This document shows, piece by piece, positions 41,082 to 53,500 of a DNA stretch of 64,000 nucleotides (position 1 is the stretch's first letter; each line of letters starts with the position of its first letter). The notes under the pieces were generated by a model that saw only the letters and a list, made by a program, of their open reading frames with translations, was not told the origin of the DNA and ran no database searches. This stretch comes from Octopus sinensis (lineage: Eukaryota): assembly GCF_006345805.1 (NCBI RefSeq), contig NC_043010.1:62682001-62746000 (forward strand). The letters run 5' to 3'. A program made the position numbers and the translations under genes.

Positions 41082-41303
41082 CCCTTTCGTTACCAACCCG
41101 GCTGAAACCGGTTCTGGCTGTGTAGTACAAATGTCTTGTTTGCATAAGTTTTGAATTAAAATCTTCCACCAAACCTTAGTCACAATTTATGTTCCTAACA
41201 CTAGCTGAATGATAACTAAGTTATTTTACTAAATTCTTTGTTATATTTAAAATTAATTGAAAGAAACACAGAGCATCTCAACAGAAATACAGTAACGAAA
41301 GGG
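41082..41303. mobile_element. piggyBac-type MITE, copy 1
   Basis: TTAA|CCCTTTCGTTAC...GTAACGAAAGGG|TTAA: perfect 12-bp TIR and TTAA TSD. Confidence 0.8.
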
Positions 41304-41334
41304 TTAAAATATATAGTAGAGAAACAATTTTTAA

Positions 41335-41555
41335 CCCTTTTGATACCAACCTGACTGTAACTGCCTCTGGCTCTGAGTACAAATTTCTTGTTTTCATAAG
41401 TTTTGAATTAAAATCTTCCACCAAACCTTAGTCACAATTTATGTTCCTAACACTAGTTGAATGATAACGAAGTTACTTTACTAAATTCTTTGTTATATTT
41501 AAAATTAATTGAAAGAAACACAGAGCTTCTCAACAGAAATGTAGTAACGAAAGGG
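41335..41555. mobile_element. piggyBac-type MITE, copy 2
   Basis: Highly similar to 41082-41303 and about 30 bp downstream; TTAA on the left, TTCA on the right. Confidence 0.75.
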
Positions 41556-42149
41556 TTCAACTTCACCAAACAATGTTAAAACTGCATCAAACAATAGTAA
41601 AACTGTATGAAACAATAGGATAACCATTATATTACATATAGTATAATGTAACACAGAAAACATCTCTTCTCTCTCGACTACCAACCTACATTTGCACTGA
41701 GCACATCTTTTAAGGTTAATACCATCATCTTAGGATTAATATTCCACCCACGTAAAATAGCAAGTTGGCATTCGTCTGTCTTTACGTTCTGAGTTCAAAT
41801 TCCGCCAAGGTTGACTTTGCCTTTTATCTTTTGAGGGTTGATAAATTAAGTACCAGTAGTGTACTGGGGTTGATCTAATCGACTGGGCTCCTCTCCCAAA
41901 ATTTCGAGCCTTGTTCCTAGAGTAGAAGCGAATATTCCACACAGGGAAACTGTAACCATCATCCACCCCTTAACCCTTAAGCATTTAATCCGGCCGAATT
42001 CAGCTGAAATATTTGACCCATTTCATGTCCACACTGGCCAGATCAGGCCTCTCACACCTACACTACAATGTATGATTAAATTCTAAACAATGTGAATCTG
42101 ATCTCAATGCAAAAAAGGTTAAAACAACAAGCAGCTCTGCAATGATTTC

Positions 42150-42560
42150 TTTTCTCATTTTACCTGTTTCAGTCATTTGATTGTGGCCATGCTGGGGCAC
42201 CGCCTTCAAAGGTTTTAGTCGGAACAAATCAACCCTAGGACTTAGTACTTATTCCATTGAACCCCCTTTTGCTGAACCACTAAGTTATGGGCACATAAAC
42301 ACACCAACACTGGTTGTTAAGCAGTGGTGGGGGGCAAATACAGGCACAAAGACACACACATGCTTATTTTAGTCATTAGACCGTGGCCATGTTGGGGCAC
42401 CACCGTGAAGAATTTAAGTCAAATGAATTGGCCCCAGGACTTATTGTTTTTTAGCCTGGTACTTATTCTATCAATCTCTTTTGCCAAACTGCTAAGTTTC
42501 TGGGATGTAAACACACCAACATTGGTTGTCTAGTGGTGGTAGGGGACAAACGTAGACATA
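42150..42560 (-). mobile_element. Two tandem 3' halves of family A-like SINEs
   Basis: gtttcagtcatttg...gctggggcaccgcc...aaacacaccaacactggttg occurs twice. Confidence 0.7.
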
Positions 42561-42944
42561 ACCATACAGCACTTTGTATGTGCTCATGAAGCAGTTTTAG
42601 AGATTGTTATAAAATATTGAATAACACAATTGTTATCCTCCTCCTCCTCATCATCATCATCATTTAGCGTCCATTTGTCCATGCTGGCATGGGTTGGATG
42701 GTTTGACCAGGGCTGGTAAGCTGAAGGGTTGCACCAGACTCCAGTCTGATTTGGCATGGTTTCTACAGCCGGTTGCCCTTCCTAATGCCATCCACTCCAA
42801 GAGTGCTTTTACGTGCCACTGGCACAGGTGCCTGTTGCATCACACCAGTATCTGCCACGACAGTGATTTGGCTTGATGGGTCTTCCTTCTTAAGCACAAC
42901 ATGTTGCCAAAGGTCTCAGTCATTTGTCATTGACTCAACAAAAG

Positions 42945-43560
42945 TGTTAGCACACCGGGCAGAATACTTAGCAGTATTTTGTCTGTCTTTACGTTCTGAG
43001 TTCAAATTCCGTAAAGGTCGACTTTGCATTTCATCCTTTCTTGGTCGATAAATTAAATACCAGTTGTGTACTGGGGTCAATCTCATCCACTGGCCCCCCC
43101 CCCCCCAAATTTTGAGCCCTGTGCCTAGAGTAGTAAAGACTGCGACCTGGTAGAACCGTTAGCATGCTGGGCGAAATGCGCTTAACAGTATTTTGTCTGT
43201 CTTTACATTCTGAGTTCAAATTCTGCCAAGGTTGATTTTGCCTTTCATCCTTTCAGGGTCGACATACTGGGGTGGATCTAATCGACTGTCCCCCTCACCC
43301 CCAAAAAAATTCGAGCCCTGTGCCTAGAGTAGTAAAGACTGTGACCTGGTAGAACCATTAGCATGCCGAGTGAAATGCGCTTAACAGTATTTTGTCTGTC
43401 TTTACGTTCTGAGTTCAAATTCTGCCAAGGTTGACTTTGCCTTTCATCCTTTCAGGGTCGATAAATTAAGTACCAATTGCATATTGGGGTGGATCTAATC
43501 GACTGCCCCCCCTCCCCCCAAAATTTCGGGCCTTGTGCCTAGAGTAGAAAAGAATATGGG
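42945..43560 (+). mobile_element. Head-to-tail trimer of SINE family B (alternative tail)
   Basis: Units of about 195 bp joined by near-identical junctions agagtagtaaagactg(c/t)gacctggtagaacc. Confidence 0.85.
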
Positions 43561-44074
43561 ATAAAAGTGGTTCCAAGTTTGGGCACATGACCTGTAACTT
43601 CAGGGGAGTGGTGAGTTGATTACATCGACTGATACTTATTTTATTGACCCTGAAAGGATAAAAGGCGAAGTTGACCTTGGCAGAACTTGAACTCAGAATG
43701 TAAAGACTGATGAAAAATTCCACAAAGCATTTTGCCCAGTGTGCTAACAATTCTGCCAGTTCACCACCTCAATATGAGATAATATTAAAACATTATAAGG
43801 CAGCGAGCTGGCAGAAATGTTTGCACACCTAGCGAAATGCTTAGTGGTATTTCATCTATCTTTACGTTCTGGGTTCAAATTCCGCCAAGGTCGACTTTGG
43901 TTTTCATCCTTTCAGGGTCGATAAATTAAGTACCAGTAGCGTACTGGGGCCGATTTAATCGACTGGCTCCCCCTCCCCCAAAATTTTGGTTCTTGTGCCT
44001 AGAGTAGAAATGAATATTAAAACATTATAATTGATTGATACTATTATCAACATTATTTAACATCCATGTTAGTT

Positions 44075-44146
44075 GGCTCGTTGGTCTAGGGGAATGATTT
44101 TCGCTTAGGGTGCGAGAGGTCCCGGGTTCGAATCCCGGACGATCCC
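44075..44146 (+). tRNA. tRNA-Pro(AGG), probable pseudogene or variant
   Basis: 72-nt GGCTCGTTGGTCTAGGGGAATGATTTTCGCTTAGGGTGCGAGAGGTCCCGGGTTCGAATCCCGGACGATCCC; anticodon AGG at 44107-09; perfect T-arm; TTTT at 44152-55. Differs from the recalled metazoan tRNA-Pro at 44093, at 44100 (creates an internal TTTT) and at 44143 (C:T mismatch in the acceptor stem). Confidence 0.85.
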
Positions 44147-44287
44147 ATTAATTTTGTCCAACCCATGCTAGCATGGAGAACGGACGTTAAACGACGATGA
44201 TGATGTTCCATGCTGCAATGGGCAATATCACGCAGTAGAAAAGTTTGGTGATACATACATATATATTTGTGTGTGTGTCTGTGTATG

Positions 44288-44332
<45 letters not shown>

Positions 44333-44335
<3 letters not shown>

Positions 44336-44529
44336 GGAGTAAACACATAAATGTGAAACAAGGTGGAAAAAAGAGTACTCAAATACCAGTGGTAGAGTAA
44401 TATGCTTTATTTAAAGCAGCAGAAAATTCAACAAAACCTATTACTCTGAGTTTCCCGTTCATCCGATGAATGGCAACGGGAAACTCAGAGTAACAGGTTT
44501 TGTTGAATTTTCTGCTGCTTTAAATAAAG
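44333..44529. mobile_element. Short Penelope-like repeat ending in a 125-bp palindrome
   Basis: 55-bp arms (44405-44459 and 44475-44529, one mismatch). The spacer contains CCGATGA and the right arm contains GAAA-CTCAGAG-TA. Confidence 0.7.
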
Positions 44530-44869
44530 TATATATACATATATAAGCTTGTTAAGCAGCATCAAACAACTGAGGCAACAACAGATAATATATTAAAGTC
44601 ACACAGGTGTGTGTGTGTGTGTATATATACACGTGTACACATACACACATGTATGTAGAGAATATCTGCGCGTCAGTATTTGCAAGGCTTGTGCGGAAAA
44701 AATGATTAATTTCAATTTTCAAAAGCAGATGCTTTGCAGGAAAAAATAAAAAGAAATGAAAAGCAGAACACTTGAAAATTTCTAAATTTATTTCTGATTG
44801 CAAGAATAAATAATAATTCCTTGATATTTGTCTGAAGTAGAAGCCATTGTCAGGTAAATGACATGCGAT

Positions 44870-45283
44870 ATATTTCTTACTACCCACAAGGGGCTAAACA
44901 CAGAGGGGAAAAACAAGGACAGACAAACGGATTAAGTCGATTACATCGACCCCAGTGCATAACTGGTACTTAATTTATCAACCCCGAAAAGATGAAAGGC
45001 AAGATCGACCTCGGCAGAATTTGAATTCAGAACGTAGCGGCAGAAGAAATACCTATTTCTTTACTACCCACAAGGGGCTAAACACAGAGGGGACAAACAA
45101 GGACAGACAAACGGATTAAGTCGATTACATCGACCCCAGTGCGTAACTGGTACTTAATTTATCAACCCCGAAAGGATGAAAGGCAAAGTCGACCTCGGCG
45201 GAATTTGAACCCAGAACGTAACGGCAGACGAAATACGGCTACACATTTCGCCCGGCGTGCTAACGTTTCTGCCACCTCGCCGC
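44870..45283 (-). mobile_element. SINE family B dimer
   Basis: Reverse complement of the head plus two body/tail units. Confidence 0.9.
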
Positions 45284-46492
45284 CTTTGACATACGATAGA
45301 GTGCTTACCTGTGTCAAGGTGGGAGCAATTGGCTCAACAGTTAAGGGTGTTGCACTCACGACCCTAACATTGTGGTTTTGGTCCCTAGTTTGGCGACGTG
45401 TTGTGTTCTTGAGCAAAACACTTCATTTCACATTGCTCCAGTCTAGCCAGATGACAAAAATGAGTAGTACCTGTGACGGGCTGGTATCTCACCCAGGAAG
45501 GGACTACAGTCACCATAGAAACTGGGAAAAATGGCCCCATGAGTTAATATGACTTGGAAAGGAACTTATTCTTACCTCTGTCAAGGGCAATATTTTGCAG
45601 AAGGCCAACAATTTTGAGGGGAGGGGTTAGCTGATACTATTAACTGCAGTATTTGATTGGTTCTCTATTTTGTCAATCCATAAAAATGGATGGTGAAGGC
45701 AGTGGCCTAGAGGTTAGGGTGTTGCGCTCATGAGTACAAGGTTGTGGTTTCAACTCCCAGACCAGGCACTTCATGTTGTTCCTGTCCACTCAGCTGTGAA
45801 TGGGTGACCCTGCAACAGATTTAAGGGGATATGTTGTGAACTTTGGTCGCTTACACATCATGGAAGCTGTGTGACTAGTCCCTGGGATTCAAGACAGTAA
45901 TGTCTAGGGCTTCAGGGTTCCATGATAATGAAGGATGAAAGGCAAAGGGGCCGATACAGCTTGGCACCTGTGACGTCGCAACTCATTTCTACAGATGAGT
46001 GAACTGGAGCAATGTGAAGTAAAGTGTCTTGCTCAAGAACACAGCATGCAGCCCGGTCCAGTATTTGAGCTCACAACCTCATGATCGTAAGCTCGACACC
46101 CTAACCACTGAGCCATGTGCATAATGTATATATTTATATATATTCAAATTATTATGCTTATTTATTCACATTATTTTGAATTAATCATGCATTTTCTTGT
46201 AGCCTTGAGATTTCAATGACATGATTGTGTACTTTTAAAATGATATTGTAGGGTAGGTGTGAGAGGCCAGACCTAGCTGGTTTGAATACAAAGCAGGTAG
46301 AATATTTAGGCCAGATATAACCAGTTTAAATGCTAAAGGGTTGAAAATATTTGGAATCTAGAAGGAAGAATGCATAACCAGGATTAAAAATCTGGCCCCT
46401 ATGTTGAATAGTCCCCATTTTATGGTATGTATTGGTAACATTGTACTTAATGTAATTTCCCATTATTATTATTCTAACCACCAAGATGGTAA

Positions 46493-47210
46493 GCTGGCAG
46501 AATCGTTAGCACGCTGGATGAATGCTTAGTGGTATTTCACCTGTTGCTACGTTGTGAGTTCAAATTCCACCGAGGTCGACTTTGCCTTTCATCGCACTGG
46601 GGTCGATGTAATCGACTTAATCCGTTTGTCTGTCCTTGCTTGTCCCCTCTGTGTTTAGTCCCTTGTAGATAGTAAAGAAATAGGTATTTCGTCTGCCGCT
46701 ACGTTCTGAGTTCAAATTCCACCGAGGTCGACTTTGCCTTTCATCCTTTCGAGGTCGATAAATTAAGTACCAGTTACACACTGGGGTCCATATAATCGAC
46801 TTAATCCGTTTGTCTGTCCTTGTTTGTCCTCTCTGTGTTTAGCCCCTTGTAGATAGTAAAGAAATAGGTATTTCGTCTGCCGCTACGTTCTGAGTTCAAA
46901 TTCCACCGAGGTCGACTTTGCCTTTCATCCTTTCGGGGTCGATAACTTAAGTACCAGTTACGCACTGGGGTGAATATAATCGACTTAATCCGTTTGTCTA
47001 TCCTTGTTTGTCCTCTCTGTGTTTAGCCCCTTGTGGGTAGTAAAGAAATAGGTATTTCACCTGTTGCTACGTTCTGAGTTCAAATTCCATCAAGGTCGAC
47101 TTTGCCTTTCATCCTTTTGGGGTTGAGAAAATAAGTATCAGTTGAACACTGGGGTTGATGTAATCGACAACCCCCCACTCTTCCCCAAGTTGCCCTTTTG
47201 GCAGAAATTT
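46493..47210 (+). mobile_element. SINE family B concatemer (about 4 units)
   Basis: One head followed by repeated units gtatttcgtctgccgctacg...gtaaagaaatag. Confidence 0.9.
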
Positions 47211-47869
47211 GAAATAATTATTATTATAATCATCAGTCTTGATCCCACAAACTCTCAATTCTGGTAACAAGTCTTCTTATCCTGGAGGAATTTCTGTCAT
47301 AAAGGTACCCGTTGTTCTCTCTTTTAGCAGAACAAATCTCAAGAAATGATGTTCTCTTGTGATACCTTTAGTCTCATACACCTTATTCCCAATGGTTTTG
47401 TCTCATTATGAACACATTCTTTGTCATATTTACTCACATCAGGTGTGCAGACCAGAATAATTGAATAGTTTTGAATTTCACCAAGTTTGTATGTGTTAAA
47501 ATTCATTTCTCAAACAATATCTGCTACAACTGGTATAAACTCATTGTCAATAATCTTTCCCTGGTGGTGAACCATCGATTCTCCAAGTCTTGTTTATTCA
47601 GAATGGGATGAAAAAAACAAAAAAAGAATGGATAAAAGATTCTACAAAATGTGGAAACTATTCCCATTGCTATCACTTTACGACTTTCCATTCGTATCAG
47701 ACAAACTCTGACCAGAAACACCAAGCATTGCTAGATTTGCTGCCAATATTGTTCTTTCTGACTAATTTCCTGATGGTTAACAGCATCAATTATTTTCCCT
47801 TTAGACAAGACTGGTCTCCAGATCACACCAGGCCTGACAGTTATTTTTAAATAATCAACATTCCTCATC

Positions 47870-48255
47870 ATCACCAACGTTTAACGTCCGCTTTCCATGC
47901 TAGCATGGGTTGGACAATTTTGACTGAGGGCTGGCAAACCAGATGGCTGCACCAGGCTCCAATCTAATCTGGCAGAGTTTCTACAGCTGGATGCCCTTCC
48001 TAATGCCAACCACTCCGAGAGTGTAGTGGGTACTTTTACGTGCCAGTCGGGCGGTACTGGCAACGACCTCGCTCGAATCTTTTACGCATGCCACCGGCAC
48101 AGGTGCCAGTAAGGTGATGCTGGTAATGATCATGCTCGAATGGTGTCTTTTATGTGCCACCAGCGCGGAGGCCAGATAGCCGCTCTGGCAATGATCATGC
48201 TCGGATGGTGCTCTTAATACCCTACTAGTACGGGGCTCGAGTGCTGGTAAGGCGA
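47870..48255 (-). mobile_element. SINE family C, longer copy
   Basis: Family C tail and body plus reiterated gtgccacc(a/g)gc subunits. Confidence 0.85.
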
Positions 48256-48989
48256 CTGAAAAATTGCCACAATGTTCTTGTTATCTTCAGTTCTGTTTCT
48301 TTGCAGACCTGATGCACCATTTTTACCCCTTTTTATGACAAACTTACCTGAAATTCTCCTGTGTTTTATGAGACAAACTTTCTGTTTTCACCCTTTAGCA
48401 TTCATATATATTTCTTTTTTCGCCCTTTTCAAACCTAGCCAGGCTCACGGGCCCGGTTTCCTGGTTTCTGTGGCGTATGTGTTCCCCCCCCCCCCACAGC
48501 TGGACGGGATGCCAGTCCATCACAGCGTTACTCAAGAAACAGGAAGAGAGAGTGTGAGAAAATTGTGGCAAAAGAGTACAGCAGAGGTCACCACCACCCC
48601 CTGCCGGAGCCTTGTGGAGCTTTTGGGTGTTTTCACTCAATTAACACACACAACGCCAAGTCTGGGAATCGAAACCGCGATCCTCCGACCGTGAGTCTGC
48701 TGCCCTAACCACTGGACCATTGCGTCTCCACTAGCATTCATATTACTCAAATATAAAGTTTTTTTATTCACATCATTCTGAATTAATCATGCATTATCTC
48801 GTAGCTTTTCAATAATGGGATTATTTATGGTCAGAATGACATTGTAGGGTAGGTGTGAGAGGTCAGATGTAGCTAGTTTGAACATAACACAGGTAGAATA
48901 TTTGGGACCAGATATGGCCAGTTTAAATACCAAAGAATTAAAGCCTTCCCTCTAAATTTCATGTTAATTCACATTCCAGACACCAGCTT

Positions 48990-49217
48990 AAAACCCTTTT
49001 GATGTCAATCTGCCTGAAACTGACCCTTGTTCGATGTTGTAAACCCTCTCTGTTTTAGTGATCTGAATTAAAACTTGCCCTCAAAATTTTATGTTAATCT
49101 TTATTCCAAACAGCAGCAATAATGGCAAAATTGATTTACTAAATTCTTCGTTATTTTAAAAATTAATTGAAACCAAAGCACTGTATTTTAACAGAAATAT
49201 GGTAACGAAAGGGTTAA
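48990..49217. mobile_element. Diverged piggyBac-type MITE
   Basis: Ends in ggtaacgaaaggg|ttaa and shares internal sequence with 41082-41303. Confidence 0.6.
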
Positions 49218-49366
49218 TGACAGTTATTTTACTAAATTCTTCATTATTTTAAAAATTAGTTGAAATAACAGCAAATGTATTTTCAACAGAAATATAGTAA
49301 CAAAAGAATTAACCAATTTAATATCAACCTGTCTGAGACTGTTCCTGGTTCTGTGATATGCATTTT

Positions 49367-49584
49367 GGCGATCTTTCGGTACAAGTACCATAACTGCCAA
49401 TCATAAACCCACATGGGTTTATTTACATTTCTGAAGAAAAAAGAAACCCTTCCCCCCACCCTTAACCTTAACCCTAACCCCCACATATAAAAAAAAAAAA
49501 AACTTTACGGAAAGTGACGATCTTCTTCTACAAATGTAAACAAACAGCAACTGGCAGTTATGGTACTTGTACCGAAAGATTGCC
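49367..49584. mobile_element. Merlin-like MITE with an internal telomere-like repeat
   Basis: 32-bp TIRs (31/32 identical) ggcgatctttcggtacaagtaccataactgcc; 8-bp TSD tgcatttt/agcatttt; internal ccttaaccttaaccctaaccc. Confidence 0.8.
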
Positions 49585-49996
49585 AGCATTTTCTGTTTAA
49601 AAGTGATCTAAATTAAAATCTTCCATTGAAATCTTGTGTTAATTTATGTTCCTAAGATCAGCTTAATAAAGAACACAATGAGTGTCACCGATAGAATAAG
49701 TACTAGGCTTATGAAGAATAAGTCCCATGGTCGTTTTGTTCGCCTAAAGGCAGTGCTCCAGCATGGCCACAGTCAAATTACCAAAACGGGTCAAATTCCG
49801 CCGAGGTCGACTTTGCCCTTCATCCTTTTGGGGTCGATAAATTAAGTACCAGTTAAGCACTGGGGTCAATGTAATCGACTTAATCTCCTTGTCTGTCCTT
49901 GTGTGTCCTCTCTATGTTTAGCCCCTTGTGGGCAATAAAGAAATAAGGGTTACAGTTAGGGTTAGTCTATATTCAACATCGAGAACAGATCAGTGT

Positions 49997-50405
49997 GGCG
50001 CAGGAGTGGCTGTGTGGTAAGTAGCTTGCTAACCAACCACATGGTTCCGGGTTCAGTCCCACTGCGTGGCATCTTGGGCAAGTGTCTTCTGCTATAGCCT
50101 CGGGCCGACCAATGCCTTGTGAGAGGATTTGGTAGACGGAAACTGAAAGAAGCCTGTCGTATATATGTATATATATATATATGTATGTGTGTTTGTTTGT
50201 GTGTCTGTGTTTGTCCCCCTAGCATTGCTTGACAACCGATGCAGGTGTGTTTATGTCCCCGTTACTTAGTGGTTTGGCAAAAGAGACCGATAGAATAAGT
50301 ACTGGGCTTACAAAAAGAATAAGTCCCGGGGTCGAGTTGCTCGATTAAAGGCGGTGCTCCAGCATGGCCGCAGTCAAATGACTGAAACAAGTAAAAGAGT
50401 AAAGA
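49997..50405 (+). mobile_element. SINE family A (full length)
   Basis: Complete head-to-tail match to the other copies. Confidence 0.9.
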
Positions 50406-50409
50406 GAGT

Positions 50410-50643
50410 GTGATTGCAGAGTACCAAAAGCATGAGTTCTGCTGGGCTGGACATGTCACAAGGTTCACAGACAGCAGGTGGACTTGTGCAGTCTACGAAT
50501 GGCATCCAGGTGATCGGGAAAGGCCACATAGAAGGCCTCTACGATGATGGGAAGTTGATCTATTTAAGCAATTTGGGTCAAGGTGGAAAGGAATGGTGCA
50601 ATCAAAATGGAATTGGAAGTGCATTGTGACCAGTGGTGTTTAA
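50410..50643 (+). mobile_element. 3' fragment of an RTE-clade LINE ORF
   Basis: Translation FCWAGHVTRFTDSRWTCAVYEWHPGDRERPHRRPLR*W matches the RTE WAGHV.R...RW......W.P....RP.GRP..RW pattern. A related gcattgtgaccag segment occurs at about 58130-58275. Confidence 0.75.
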
Positions 50644-52921
50644 CAACTTCTAATACTCTGATCTGATCTATATTGTGATGTTCAATGCAATAATGTTGCT
50701 GTTTATGTTTAATTCCTCATTGTTTCTGAGATTTGAGTCATCAATTGTTCTTGGCTCATATGGGTTGGACAGTTCTGTAAATTTACATACTGGCATAATG
50801 AATTAAGCTGAGAGCAAAGGTTTTCCTGTGCATAGGTGAGCACTCCTTAGGATTAAGTCAAGCGTGAAATACTTGCTTGAGTGGTATTTAATTAACAATG
50901 AGGTTAACGAAAGCCAGTCTGACATATCTCTGGCTTTATGAATACTTTTGCTTTGTTGTTATTGTTTGGTGTGTGTGTGTGTGTGGAGACCTCCTACTAC
51001 TCCCCCAGTTCTAGTTCTACAGACCTCAAGTATTTTCAGTGACCTACATACAAGGCCTGACACATGGTGTGTCTATGTAAAGTGTATTTTTTTCTTTTTT
51101 CTTTTCCTACCTACCTCCCTACTTACCTATCTACCCTATCTCAATTCTTCACTGCCCTTTTAGGGTGGGAATGGGGTTACTTATCTCAGAAAGTTCAAGC
51201 AGTTGCTGGAGGGGAGTAGCTAAAGATAAAGAAAAAAAAATCCCTGAGCTTTGTTGCCAATCAAATTCTAGGGTTTTCATTATAATCAGGTGTGTGTGTG
51301 TGTGTACTCACATGTGTTACTATTATCATTATTATTTCTGGAGTTAAAACTCCCCTTTCATCCTTTCCTGGGGTCCAGAAAGGAGCACTGGGGTTGATGT
51401 AGTCACCTCCTGCCCAGAAACTGCTGGCTTTGTGCTAAAATTATCATCATCATCATCATTGTTTTAGCCTTCAAGTGTCTCTACCCCTCCCCCCTGCTGG
51501 CTTGGCAAGCGGGTCAACACTCCACCCCCTTGTGCGAGAGGGGGAACTGGAGCAATGTGAAATGAAGTGTTTTGTTCAAGAACACAATGTGCTGCCCAGT
51601 ATGGGAATTGAACCCACAATTGAGGGATTGTGAGTGCAAAAGCCTAACCACTAGGCTACATGCCTTTCACTATATAAATATGTCTGTATGTGTGTGTGTA
51701 TATATATATATACATAGTTGAAATTTACAGAAAAACAAAAGACAAATACAGGTGTATAAACAACAAGCAGGTGTATTAGTTTGGTGCTTGGGAAAGTGAG
51801 AAAGTCTTTTGTTTCAAGCCTATGCTCCTCAACAGAGGAACACCAGGAAATAAACAGAGAGAGAGAATAATAAAAGACTTGTGGATTTAGCTGTCAATCA
51901 TGGTTAGAAAGGGGAGATAATAAAGTACTGGTGATCCCAAAATGAAGGTGCGTGTGTGTGTGTGTATGAGAGTGTGTGCATGTGGATAGGGGCTAGTGAC
52001 GTGGATGTGTGCAGAGTGGTGTGGGGGTATATGTGTATATATATATTATATATATAGTAGAATAATAAGTCCTTAATACAGAAGAATATATTTGAAAAAA
52101 TGAGTGGAGATGGCTTTTGGTGGGGATAATTTTTATTTTAAGGATGTTTGCAGTTACTCTGAGTTTCCAGCTTTTCAAACAAGTATGCAAATAAAGAATA
52201 TAAAAAATAATAAAAGAATATAAAAAGTGAGGAAAGAAGAAAAGGAGAAAAAGAAAAAGGTGAAAAAGAAGGGGAAAAAACATGAAGAAGAGCAAGAGAA
52301 AGATGCCAAAAACTAGTTGAAACTGGTTGGGAGAAGAGAGATAAGTCTACCAGGAATAAAGAAAAGAAATACCATAGGAGTGGCCAAAACATGTTGAGTT
52401 CTTGTCAAAGGATGACCTTTGTGAATCCTCAGATCTGAGGTCACCTTATTCATCCTTCACAGCTGGCACAGTGTGCCCCCCAACTAATCACATAAACACA
52501 CACACACACATACATACACATACATCCTTGTATATATACATCCACACCTGCATATACATACCCCACATGCATACATACATTTGCACATACACCCATACAC
52601 AGACATACACGTCTCCATGTGTACCTACGTACATGTGCACACAAATATACATATACATATATAATTTAGATTGATTTTGGCCATTATCGGCCCAAGCCAT
52701 GACTAACTCAATAACACCATCTGGAAAAGTCTTTTTATTAATTGTATACGCATACACTACATATCTATACACACATGTATATATATGTATAAAAATACAA
52801 AATGGGACAAGAATGCAAAACATTCAAATAGACGACACAAAAAAACGACAGGTCATTCGAAGCCTCTAATCTTCAGTCAAGAACCGGATCATCCTCGCAA
52901 TTTCGGCTGATTAATCTTGAT

Positions 52922-52953
<32 letters not shown>

Positions 52954-53039
52954 TGTATGTACGTACGTACGTATGCACGCACGCATGCATGCATGCAAGC
53001 AAGCAAAACACCTCCTGTCCAATGGATGGTGCTGAGTTG

Positions 53040-53385
53040 TCAAACATTTAAACCAAATTTTTTTGGGGGGCTCTTAAATATACTGCATTTTGTGGCATTA
53101 TTTGAAGCCAGCCAGCCTTTTTTTTGTGCAAATTGCATGTGCATTTTTATCACATACGCGTAGTATCGATTGCAACAGCTGATGTACTTGCGCATACAAA
53201 TGCATGTTCCCACGGCTTTATCGATCGCATTCTCACCTGGAATCGATTTTTGTAATTTTTTCAAGACTTATACACGCCCTCATATCGTTGGTATCTACAT
53301 AGCAAATTTGAGCGCAATCGGATGGAGGATGCCTGAGATCCTAGAAGACACACACAAACAGTCAGAACGGATTTTATATAATAGA
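53040..53385 (-). mobile_element. 3'-truncated Helitron-like element
   Basis: Minus strand starts A|TCTATTATATAAAATCCGTTCTGACTGTTTGTGTGTGTC. The 3' end was not seen. Confidence 0.45.
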
Positions 53386-53460
53386 TATATACATAGATAC
53401 ATACACATAAATACACACACACACATATACTTTATTAAAAAGCAGCAAAAAATCACAAAA

Positions 53461-53500
53461 ACTGTTACTCAGAGTTTCATGTTCCTGTTCGTCGGACAGT
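53461..53500 (-). ncRNA. Core-variant hammerhead-like motif (CCGACGA)
   Basis: Minus strand reads ACTGT-CCGACGA-ACAGGAACAT-GAAA-CTC-T-GAG-TA-ACAGT: perfect 5-bp stem I, near-palindromic helix III, GUA triplet, decayed stem II, U4 changed to C. Confidence 0.35.

Noticed and set aside
46493-47210. Regularly spaced direct repeats resembling a CRISPR array
   Set aside because: Units are about 150-bp SINE bodies without unique spacers, in a eukaryotic context with no cas genes.
47230-47850. Microsatellite-free island with broken minus-strand frames, possibly an old TE coding region
   Set aside because: No family motif recognised; a tBLASTx or HMM search is needed.
51164-51290. Strong plus-strand acceptor (cccttttag) followed by short open frames
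   Set aside because: All three frames are equally plausible and there is no homology or partner exon.
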